Positions 47,884 through 56,073 of a DNA stretch of 64,000 nucleotides are shown here, in pieces. A model generated the notes under the pieces. The model made no database searches. It saw only the letters and a list, made by a program, of their open reading frames with translations, and was not told the origin of the DNA. Every line of letters starts with the position of its first letter. Positions within the stretch are counted from its first letter, which is position 1. Location of the stretch: contig JAFGCC010000017.1 of assembly GCA_016932815.1 (NCBI GenBank), positions 3,581-67,580 on the forward strand, in the 5' to 3' direction. The position numbers were made by a program, and so were the translations under genes. Origin of the DNA: Candidatus Micrarchaeota archaeon (lineage in GTDB: Archaea > Micrarchaeota > Micrarchaeia > Anstonellales > Bilamarchaeaceae).

Positions 47884-47968
47884 CCGTGACCTAAGTAACC
47901 CTTATTGTTACCCTCTTGGGCAAACAAATAAAAAACAGAAGAATGATATTGCTCATCGAGTGGATTAG

Positions 47969-49468
47969 ATGGCAGGAAAGCTCAAGGACCGCCCTCAGGA
48001 TGAGAATAAAGCTACTGCTGTTCCGGTTAAACTTGAATCCGAGGGAGCGTTAGGCCAGACACCGGAGCCTTCAGTTCCGGTAAAAGTCGAGAACGAGGAT
48101 ATAGAAAACCTGGTCCGCGCCCGTGTAAATAGTGTCCTCTCGGAAAATCCTGGGATGCGCTGGGAATCCGCTGTGCGTATGGCTACAGTTGAATGTAAAA
48201 TTAAGCTTGCGCAGATAAAGAACCTTCAGGTTACTGATAAGTTTAGCGAGGCTGAGAAGAGTTCCCAGATGGAGCATCTCACTAAGATGATTGATGCCCT
48301 CAATTCCGTGCCAGAATTTGCCCATACAAAATCACCAGTTCCCAAAAAGGCTTCTTTAGGACATCACTTTGAATACGTGACTTTCGCAGATCCTTCTCTC
48401 CTAGAACAGGATATTGCGACTGCAGAACGGCTTAGAATATCCCGCCAACCCTTTGTAGGGGTGCAATCTCCAGATGCGCTTGGCAGATTCATTTCAAAGC
48501 CCATTGAATGGCGCTATCCAAGATTTGGCAATTTTCAGCTTGATATTGTTGAATCAAAACCTGACAAAACGCATTTCCGCATTGGTTTTCCGGGTGGAGA
48601 GAAGGATGTTGCCTTCTCTGTTCCTCTTGAGCAGGTGGACGTGCTTGCGTTTAACTCAACGAAAGACACGCCTTTTAGAGTTACCGGGTGTGTGCTCAGG
48701 GGGAAGGACACACTATTCATCGCGCTGGAAACCCCTTCTGGCATTGTGGTGAAATCCTTGGTAATAGACCACGTGCGCAACGGAGCCAGAAGCATCGGGT
48801 TTGGAGTTACCAAGAAAGAAGGAACCCTCCTAGTTACAATTTCTCCGAAAAAATTATACGAGGGAAATTTCGTATACAGGTTGTCTTTTGGGCCTAATGG
48901 CGCCTCAACAGAGTATTACCGCTACACGAAGGATGTCCCTTCCGACACCAGAGTTAAAGAAGTGGGGTCTGGGGGCAAGCGGGAATTCGGTTTGTTCCGT
49001 CAAGAATTTGATTGCCTTTCCGAGTTGAGCCAATTTCAGATTTCAGATTTGGCAAAGACACTAGACTTGGCAGGTTACCAGTATGCTGATGCTATGAGCA
49101 TTATGGATTCAATTGTTGAGGAAGGGCGCGCATCTTACACAATAGCAAGAGCAGGAGGCGATAATCCAATGAATGCCAGAAATGTTGCGAGAGAAGCACA
49201 AACGAAACTTCTCATAAGCGTCTATAATTCATTAGAGCCTTCTTACCAAAAAAGATTCGAATCCGAAGCTATGCTTTTTCTGAGACAGAACGAAATCGCC
49301 GCGCGCATAACCCGGTTGGATGAAACATATTCCGCGCTTTTGGGATTGGATACCCTGTATCTCTCGAGTGAAGAGGACCAGAGGGAAGCGGTGTCCAAAT
49401 ACAATTTAATGGCCCCTCATGAAGCGGACGAATTTTTTTCCAGATTTAGTGGTTTTGGCACAAAATGA
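47969..49468 (+). CDS. hypothetical protein C (unique, between cassette copies); compositionally atypical
   Basis: 499 aa; N-terminal tandem 'AVPVKLESE' and 'SVPVKVENE' motifs matching N-terminus of protein A. Confidence 0.6.
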   Translation: MAGKLKDRPQDENKATAVPVKLESEGALGQTPEPSVPVKVENEDIENLVRARVNSVLSENPGMRWESAVRMATVECKIKLAQIKNLQVTDKFSEAEKSSQMEHLTKMIDALNSVPEFAHTKSPVPKKASLGHHFEYVTFADPSLLEQDIATAERLRISRQPFVGVQSPDALGRFISKPIEWRYPRFGNFQLDIVESKPDKTHFRIGFPGGEKDVAFSVPLEQVDVLAFNSTKDTPFRVTGCVLRGKDTLFIALETPSGIVVKSLVIDHVRNGARSIGFGVTKKEGTLLVTISPKKLYEGNFVYRLSFGPNGASTEYYRYTKDVPSDTRVKEVGSGGKREFGLFRQEFDCLSELSQFQISDLAKTLDLAGYQYADAMSIMDSIVEEGRASYTIARAGGDNPMNARNVAREAQTKLLISVYNSLEPSYQKRFESEAMLFLRQNEIAARITRLDETYSALLGLDTLYLSSEEDQREAVSKYNLMAPHEADEFFSRFSGFGTK

Positions 49469-49564
49469 CCTGCGAACAGGAATATGCCCTAAAAACCACT
49501 TTTTCGGGCTAAAGCATAAGTTTATATATAAAGTTTCCCCTAATCTTAGCATACAGGTGTCCAT

Positions 49565-50428
49565 ATGGCGAGGGTTTCAAAACTAGAATCCAAGGGCGAA
49601 GCGCCCCAGGTTTCCCAGGGCAAAAGAGCACCATTCAAACTTGCAAGCAGGCTCTTAGAGAAGCTTACCAAGCGTTCCGTAGAGAAAGGGACCTCGCTGA
49701 GGGAAGAAGCCAGATTGCCATCCGGGCCTACGGAGAGGCGAAAATTCCTGAAAATACTCGGGGGTGCCGCCGGGGCAGCCGTTTTACTAGGCCCTTCAGT
49801 GCTCAAGGCGAATGAGAAGGCCGCCAAAGCATCTTCCAACCAAGCTGAGGTGGACTCGGTAATTGATATCCGGGATATTATGCCCTATATCGACAATGCC
49901 AAGAAGTATGAAGTTCCCCTTAGCTCAGGCCAGAAGGTAAACGCTTTCCAAACGCTCTACAAGACTAAAGAGCACCAGTTCATCGTGACGCGTGGGGAGA
50001 CTAGGGGAATCGACATCAAAGTGATAAAAGGAGATGGGGTCGTTGGAGGCGCTGCTTTTCTCGGAGATCATCTAGACGAGTTGAACATCCTCGCTATCGA
50101 TCTTGGGAAAGACAATCCCGTAGTCCAGGGAGAACTTCTGGTTTTTGCGACTCCCCAGAGCGTAGGGTTGGTATATTGCAAGAAGCAGGATAACACTTAT
50201 CTATCCGGAGCCGTCAACTTGTACGGGAAAGGTTTGTCCAGGGGCAGTGCAAAACTAGGCGTTGATTTTGATGAAGAAACAATTGCGATAATGGTTGTGC
50301 CGGACAAGGGGGACAGGATAGCGCAGGTGCAATTGCCATTTGTAGATGGCGGGGAATACAAGGTCGGTAACTTCTATACTGCGATATTCGGTTTGACGCG
50401 GCCCCCTACCAGTCTTGCAAGTCTTTGA
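49565..50428 (+). CDS. hypothetical protein A' (cassette copy 2) with twin-arginine signal peptide
   Basis: 'ERRKFLKILGGAAGAAVLLGPSVLKANEKAAKA' Tat-type signal; core homologous to protein A. Confidence 0.6.
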   Translation: MARVSKLESKGEAPQVSQGKRAPFKLASRLLEKLTKRSVEKGTSLREEARLPSGPTERRKFLKILGGAAGAAVLLGPSVLKANEKAAKASSNQAEVDSVIDIRDIMPYIDNAKKYEVPLSSGQKVNAFQTLYKTKEHQFIVTRGETRGIDIKVIKGDGVVGGAAFLGDHLDELNILAIDLGKDNPVVQGELLVFATPQSVGLVYCKKQDNTYLSGAVNLYGKGLSRGSAKLGVDFDEETIAIMVVPDKGDRIAQVQLPFVDGGEYKVGNFYTAIFGLTRPPTSLASL

Positions 50429-50479
50429 CATTGCGGGTTGTTTTTAAATTTTGATTGAGAAAGTCTTTCGGGTGCATTC

Positions 50480-52186
50480 ATGGCGGGAATTAAAACAAAA
50501 AAGAAGCATGGCGCGAGTGATGAAGGAACAGTTTCGTCTGGATATTCCGAAAGCCTGGTGCTTAACAGTGTAGATCAGTTTACGAGAGGAGAGATGGACC
50601 TCCAGGCAATCCAGCAGGATGAAGGGAAGCGCCAGGAAATCCTAAAGCCCTCAGAAGAGCAACTGGAGAAAGAAGCAGAACAGGGAAAAGAACTCCTAAA
50701 AGATGCGGATTTCTCAAACTCGGAAGCTAGAAAGCTCGCAGATTCGTATGTTAAGCTGAGAATGGGAATGGCGCAGGGCCAGCCCACACAGGAAGAGGCA
50801 GCATCATTGTCCAAAATCTCCGCCGCCCGCGTTTTGTTGGCGCCCAAAGAGGGCGAAACGGATGAAGTGCGCGAGGAAGCCCGCAAGCAATGGGTGCAAA
50901 TGCAGGCTGAGGCAGTTGAAAACGGGCATTCGGATGTGCGCACTGTCCGCAACATGGATATTTTTTATGCAATAGCTACCTCGGAGGAAGTCTCTCCGAA
51001 GGCACTGCATAAACTTGCAAGGAAACATCATGGACTGAAGAACCTCTTTAGGAGGAGTGCTCGGCTCGCAAGGCACCTGCACGAAGATGGGGAGAACTAT
51101 CATGCGATGAGGGTGCGCCTCAACGAAGAGAGGCGCAACAGGTTCAGGGAACTCTGGAAAGACAGGGAAGTGCAGAAGGACCTAATGGCCGCAGGCTACA
51201 CCGAAAAGCGGGTGGAGGCAAGCATCCGCGCCCGCGAGGGGGCCGAGGAAGCAACCGAGATTGCATTGAGGAATGGGGACACCGAAAGGACCCAGGAACT
51301 TAACGAAAACCTGAAAGCCAACTCGGACAGCCCCGAGGGAATAATCCAGGGCACAGTGGAAATAATGGGGAGCGCAACTTACCTCAAAGACAACGAGCGC
51401 GCCAGCCTCCTAACCGCCCTGGAAGACGTTACCTCCCTGATGGCGGCGGCCAGCACCAGGCTGAGCGGGCTTGGGGAAGCCGAATCCCCGGCGGAAGCGG
51501 GAATGGAAGCATTGGACTCGTTTATAACAGAAGAGCAGAGGGCGCAGGACGAAACGAAGAACTGGGAGGAGCTAGACGAGCAGATAGACGAGCTCCTAAG
51601 CAAGAAGGCAAAGGAACTGGACGAGCAAACCCGGGAGGATTTGGGGGCATACCTGGTCCCGGAAGGCGCAAGCGCAAAAGAGGCGGCAGAATACTTAAAA
51701 GAGGCAAAAGAGCGCGCACAGGAGGAAACCGGGAGGGTGCAGGAACTAAGGACCCCGGAGAACTTCGTGCAGGACAAGGAGGGCAACTGGACGCTGGAGG
51801 AAGACACGCGCGAAGGCGCACAGTACCAGAAAATGCCCGCGTTCTACCCAGCAGAAAAGGCAGTAGAGATGATAAACGCCGCAAAGCCCATGATTGAGCA
51901 GTCCAAGGCGGAATTCTCCATACTAGCGGCAAGGGAGTTCGCAGGAGACGGCATAAGGCACCTTGGAACCGCAAGGGAGGTGCTCGAAATTGCCGATTTC
52001 GAAGATGAAGCCGCGCCCGAAACCGTGGTAATGCAGGCACTAGGCAACCCAGGAAACGAGGAGTTGAACAGGAAAATGGAGGAAGTGCTCGCAAACCCCC
52101 TGAATGTGGGAATACGGGCCGCACTCCTGGAAGCATACGCGAGGGCCGTCACCGAACTAGCTGAAAAGCGCGAGATGGCGGGATAG
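50480..52186 (+). CDS. hypothetical acidic alpha-helical protein B' (cassette copy 2)
   Basis: 568 aa; homolog of 46231..47883. Confidence 0.6.
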   Translation: MAGIKTKKKHGASDEGTVSSGYSESLVLNSVDQFTRGEMDLQAIQQDEGKRQEILKPSEEQLEKEAEQGKELLKDADFSNSEARKLADSYVKLRMGMAQGQPTQEEAASLSKISAARVLLAPKEGETDEVREEARKQWVQMQAEAVENGHSDVRTVRNMDIFYAIATSEEVSPKALHKLARKHHGLKNLFRRSARLARHLHEDGENYHAMRVRLNEERRNRFRELWKDREVQKDLMAAGYTEKRVEASIRAREGAEEATEIALRNGDTERTQELNENLKANSDSPEGIIQGTVEIMGSATYLKDNERASLLTALEDVTSLMAAASTRLSGLGEAESPAEAGMEALDSFITEEQRAQDETKNWEELDEQIDELLSKKAKELDEQTREDLGAYLVPEGASAKEAAEYLKEAKERAQEETGRVQELRTPENFVQDKEGNWTLEEDTREGAQYQKMPAFYPAEKAVEMINAAKPMIEQSKAEFSILAAREFAGDGIRHLGTAREVLEIADFEDEAAPETVVMQALGNPGNEELNRKMEEVLANPLNVGIRAALLEAYARAVTELAEKREMAG

Positions 52187-52292
52187 GGGGCTTCCGGGCA
52201 AAAGCCCCAGGATGGGGGCATTGCGCCCAATTAGGATAAAGGCGGAATTACGGGGGTGGGAGTGTTTGTAACCATGGTTACAATACCCCTAA

Positions 52293-52303
52293 TATATAAA
52301 TAT
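52293..52303 (+). promoter_or_regulatory. TATA-like box upstream of hisS
   Basis: 'atatataaata' about 60 nt upstream of ATG 52363. Confidence 0.35.
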
Positions 52304-52362
52304 TGTCTTTGTCTTAATTCATGCTCTAACAGCTTCAAATATCACAAAACCGAGGTAAATAC

Positions 52363-53580
52363 ATGAACAGGGCCAAAGGAATGAGGGATTTCCTCCCTCC
52401 GCAGATGATCCAGAGGGAGAAAATCTTCTCCATAATATCAGAAACATACAGGGAATTCGGCTTCCAGCCCCTGGAAACCCCCGCGCTGGAAACGCTGGAC
52501 ACGCTAAAAGCCAAGAGCGGAGACGAAATCGCAGGCCAGCTATTCGAAATCAAGGACTCGGAACTGGCAATGCGCTTCGACCTCACAGTCCCATTATCCA
52601 GGGTGGCGGCAAACAGCTCCTTCCCAAAGCCGTTTAAAAGATACCAAATCGGCCCGGTGTGGAGGAGGGAGGAGCCCCAGAAGGGAAGGTTCCGCGAATT
52701 CTGGCAGGCGGATGCCGACATAGTGGGGACAGCGTCCATGCGCGCGGAAGCGGAAATCCTCGAGATGGCATCAATAGCCCTAAACCGCCTAAAACTCAAG
52801 GATTTTGAGATACTCTTCAACAACCGCAAAATCCTCAACTCCCTATTAGATTACTTTGGAATAGCAGAAAAGAGGAACGAGGTTTTCCGCACACTTGACA
52901 AAATAGACAAAATAGGCTACAGGTCGGTTTACGAAACACTAGAGCCAATCCTGGGCGAGCACGCAGGCCAGATGCTCCCCCTCTTCAACCTCAAGGGAAG
53001 CAACGACGAAAAACTAGAAGAACTAGAAAAGTACGCCCCAGAGGGCGTAGGGGAAATCCGGGAATTACAGGAATTATTCCCCAATTTCACCTTCGAGCCC
53101 TCGCTGGTAAGGGGCCTGGGCTACTATTCGGGCTCGGTCTATGAATTCAAGGGGACCGGAAGCTACAAGGGAAGCTTCGCAGCGGGAGGAAGATACGACG
53201 GCCTCCTTGAGCTATACGGCCAGGGCGCACCCGCAGTCGGCGTGAGCCTGGGAGTAGAGAGGATACTCCTCCTCCTAGGAGAAGACGACGTGATGAAAAC
53301 ATACACGCAAGCGTTCGTCGCAACCCTCCCCGAAGCCTACAACGAGGGCCTAAAGGCGGTAAAGGCGCTAAGGAAAGAGGGAATCCCCGCAGAAACCGAC
53401 CTAATAGGCAGGAGCCTCGGAAAGCAGATGGATTACGCAAGGGCCCTCCGCATCCCATGGGTAATAATAATCGGGAGCAAGGAGATGGAATCAGGCAGGC
53501 TCACGCTAAAGGACATGAAAAGCGGGGAGGAAAAACCCGCGAAAATAGAGGAAGCGGTAAAGCTAATAGGTGCAAAATAG
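52363..53580 (+). CDS. hisS: histidyl-tRNA synthetase
   Basis: 'KGMRDFLP' start, class II motifs 'FRYERPQKGRFREF'-like ('VWRREEPQKGRFREFWQAD'), 'GGRYD'. Confidence 0.9.
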   Translation: MNRAKGMRDFLPPQMIQREKIFSIISETYREFGFQPLETPALETLDTLKAKSGDEIAGQLFEIKDSELAMRFDLTVPLSRVAANSSFPKPFKRYQIGPVWRREEPQKGRFREFWQADADIVGTASMRAEAEILEMASIALNRLKLKDFEILFNNRKILNSLLDYFGIAEKRNEVFRTLDKIDKIGYRSVYETLEPILGEHAGQMLPLFNLKGSNDEKLEELEKYAPEGVGEIRELQELFPNFTFEPSLVRGLGYYSGSVYEFKGTGSYKGSFAAGGRYDGLLELYGQGAPAVGVSLGVERILLLLGEDDVMKTYTQAFVATLPEAYNEGLKAVKALRKEGIPAETDLIGRSLGKQMDYARALRIPWVIIIGSKEMESGRLTLKDMKSGEEKPAKIEEAVKLIGAK

Positions 53581-54942
53581 ATGCCACAAAGACTCCTTAG
53601 CAAGCTAGAGAGGATGAGGATACAGGAGGCAATAGTGGCACCCCTGTTCTTCACTTCCCTCCCCCTCCTATTCATAATCCTCTTCCTATCTATTATGCGC
53701 ACAAGCCTCTTTCCCGAAGGAACGGGCGAAGAGCACATGATTTTTGAGATGGTATTCCTCTTCCTCCTGGCAATCCTGGCAAGGAGCGTGGTTACCTACC
53801 TCAAGCAGCCAACGGTATTGGTCCTAATGCTCTTAGGAGTGATAATGGGGCCATCCTTCCTGGAGATGGCGTGGGCGCCCTTATCGGAAGCGCTCCCCTT
53901 CCTGCCGACTGCGCACCCGGACGTTTTCCTTCACGAGGAACTAATAGACATATTCGCCAAGTTCGGAGCCATAATCCTGATGTTCAAAGTGGGCCTGCAT
54001 TCTAGCATCTCAAAAATATTCACAAAGGAGAATTTCCTAGTCGCAATCCTGGGCATAATCTTCCCCTTCGTTGCAGGCTACCTCTTTGCAATAAGTTCCG
54101 GAGGCTCCTTCTCATACGCGCTTTTCCTGGGGGCAGCCCTTACCGCAACGAGCGTTGGCATAACAGTTGCAATCCTAAAGGAGATGGGGCTCCTGGAAGA
54201 AAAATTCTCCCAGATGATAATGGGGGCCGCGATAATAGACGACATACTCTCGCTCTTAGTCCTATCATTGGTTACCAACATGCCCTCAAGCCTGGATGCT
54301 GCTGCGCTTGAGCCATTCCTATCGGTAATAGCCTACGCCGTAATCTTCCTTGTGGGAGGCTCGCTTGCAGGCCGCTATTTTGTGAAGAAGAAAGTGGACA
54401 TAATGAAGATAACAGACAAGACGCTCCTCTACGTGTTCGCCTTCGTTTTCTTATACGCATACATAGCCGAATTCATAGGATTATCAAGCATAGTCGGCGC
54501 CTTCCTAGCAGGAGTCCTCCTAAACTACAGCCGCAACGCAGAGCACATCTCCGAGCAGTCCAAATCCCTGGAGCTCCTGTTCACCCCGGTATTTTTCATC
54601 TCCCTTGGAATGCTAGTGGATGTCGGCTCGGTCATCTCTTTCATCTGGCCCATACTAATCCTATCCGCCGTGGCAATCGCCACAAAGGTCGCAGCCTGCG
54701 GGCTTGGGGCGATATTCTCCGGCCTTGGAAAAGCGGAATCCCTCCTAGTCGGCTTCGGCATGGCCCCAAGAGGGGAAATCGCACTAATCATAGCGATGTT
54801 CGGCCTCTCAAGCGGGGCACTTAGCGTATCCGAATATTCGGTAATATCCGCCATGGCCTTCCTTACCACAATCGCAGTCCCATTCGTGTTCTCATCGATG
54901 ATACAAAAGCCGTGCGAGCTTCAGAGGGGTGTTCCCGCTTGA
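53581..54942 (+). CDS. cation:proton antiporter (CPA family)
   Basis: 453 aa, about 12 hydrophobic helices; ATG immediately follows hisS stop. Confidence 0.75.
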   Translation: MPQRLLSKLERMRIQEAIVAPLFFTSLPLLFIILFLSIMRTSLFPEGTGEEHMIFEMVFLFLLAILARSVVTYLKQPTVLVLMLLGVIMGPSFLEMAWAPLSEALPFLPTAHPDVFLHEELIDIFAKFGAIILMFKVGLHSSISKIFTKENFLVAILGIIFPFVAGYLFAISSGGSFSYALFLGAALTATSVGITVAILKEMGLLEEKFSQMIMGAAIIDDILSLLVLSLVTNMPSSLDAAALEPFLSVIAYAVIFLVGGSLAGRYFVKKKVDIMKITDKTLLYVFAFVFLYAYIAEFIGLSSIVGAFLAGVLLNYSRNAEHISEQSKSLELLFTPVFFISLGMLVDVGSVISFIWPILILSAVAIATKVAACGLGAIFSGLGKAESLLVGFGMAPRGEIALIIAMFGLSSGALSVSEYSVISAMAFLTTIAVPFVFSSMIQKPCELQRGVPA

Positions 54943-55460
54943 CTCTTAGCACCCCAAGAATCTACATACAGGGGAAAAAGGCCTACCGCAAGGACCTTGG
55001 CACCCTCCGCCCGATGGGAAGCGCAATAAAGGTGGCAAAGAAGCTGCGCGAGCGCCTTGGAACAGAACTCCTCCACATAATAGACCTGGACGCAATGAAG
55101 GGGAACAAGTCCAACTACGACATCTACGACCACCTCACTTTCATAATGTACATCCAGGTGGAGGTGCGCCCAGACCCCAGGATGATAAACCCCCTTCTGG
55201 AGATGGGCGCACGCGTGGTAATAGAGCTCCCAACCGAGCTCGACCTCAAGCAGTTCGCAGAAAAAAAGCGCCTCCTAATAGGCAAGATAGCGCCCAATTA
55301 CAAAGGCTCCCTTGACGACGTTTTCGACGTGTATCTGGATGGGGAATCCGAGCCGAAGGTAAAAGAGCTCCAGAAAAAGAACAAGCGCGTTCTTGTCAAT
55401 AAAAGGCAGAACGCCAAAAACAAGAAAGTTTTCGCGAGAATCGGCTCCCCGGAAATATGA
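54912..55460 (+). CDS. HisA/HisF-like (beta-alpha) half-barrel-like protein, unknown function
   Basis: 'RIYIQGKKAYRKDLG...AIKVAKKLRERLGTELLHIIDLDAMKG' resembles the N-terminal half of HisA ('RIIPAIDL..G..VR....DPVE.A.....GA..LHLVDLDGA'); start uncertain (GTG 54912 / TTG 54939 overlapping antiporter end, ATG 55014). Confidence 0.35.
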   Translation: MRASEGCSRLTLSTPRIYIQGKKAYRKDLGTLRPMGSAIKVAKKLRERLGTELLHIIDLDAMKGNKSNYDIYDHLTFIMYIQVEVRPDPRMINPLLEMGARVVIELPTELDLKQFAEKKRLLIGKIAPNYKGSLDDVFDVYLDGESEPKVKELQKKNKRVLVNKRQNAKNKKVFARIGSPEI

Positions 55461-55490
55461 GCCTCCCCCCTTCGCTGGAACATACAATAC

Positions 55491-55503
55491 CTTTATAAAC
55501 AAA
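55491..55503 (+). promoter_or_regulatory. TATA-like box upstream of rpl10e
   Basis: 'ctttataaacaaa'. Confidence 0.35.
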
Positions 55504-55551
55504 CCCTCTCATAAATTCCTAACGAATTAACATTTAAGCAGAGTGATTTAC

Positions 55552-56073
55552 ATGGCATTAAGACCGGCAAAATGCGTCCGCGACGGCAATAAAGTTGCAT
55601 GGACGCGCCATTCGAAGAGGAGGCCCAGGCGCTCGTACATCAAGACGATGCCCCACAAGGAACTAAACCAGCACAGGATGGGAACCGAAAGCGCGGAATA
55701 CGGCGCAGTCTACCACCTGGCACCCAAGGACCAGCTAATCCTCCGAGACAACGCAATCGAGGCCGCAAGGCAGTCCGCGAACAAGGTGCTTGAGAGCAAG
55801 CTCCCCGGAGCATACTACTTCATCGTAAGGGTTTACCCGCACCACATAATCCGCGAAAACAAGATGGTCTCAGGAGCGGGAGCAGACCGTATCCAGAAGG
55901 GGATGAGGAGGGCATTCGGAAAGCCCACCGACCGCGCAGCAAGGCTCAAGAAGGACCAGCCGCTCTTTACCGTGTACGTGCACGAGGGGAAGGCACAGGA
56001 ATCCGCAGTAAGGGAGGCCTTCAGGCGCGCTAGGATGAAGCTTTCCGGCAGCTATTCCATGATTGCCGGATGA
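55552..56073 (+). CDS. rpl10e: ribosomal protein L10e (uL16)
   Basis: 'MALRPAKCVRDGNKVAWTRHSKRRPRRSYIKTMP', 'SGAGADRIQKGMRRAFGKP'. Confidence 0.85.
   Translation: MALRPAKCVRDGNKVAWTRHSKRRPRRSYIKTMPHKELNQHRMGTESAEYGAVYHLAPKDQLILRDNAIEAARQSANKVLESKLPGAYYFIVRVYPHHIIRENKMVSGAGADRIQKGMRRAFGKPTDRAARLKKDQPLFTVYVHEGKAQESAVREAFRRARMKLSGSYSMIAG

Noticed and set aside
51522-52136. 204-aa minus-strand ORF inside gene B'
   Set aside because: Pro/Arg/Leu-rich shadow ORF antisense to a gene with a clear paralog (B). Same reasoning for the minus ORFs at 51379-51807 and 51844-52230.
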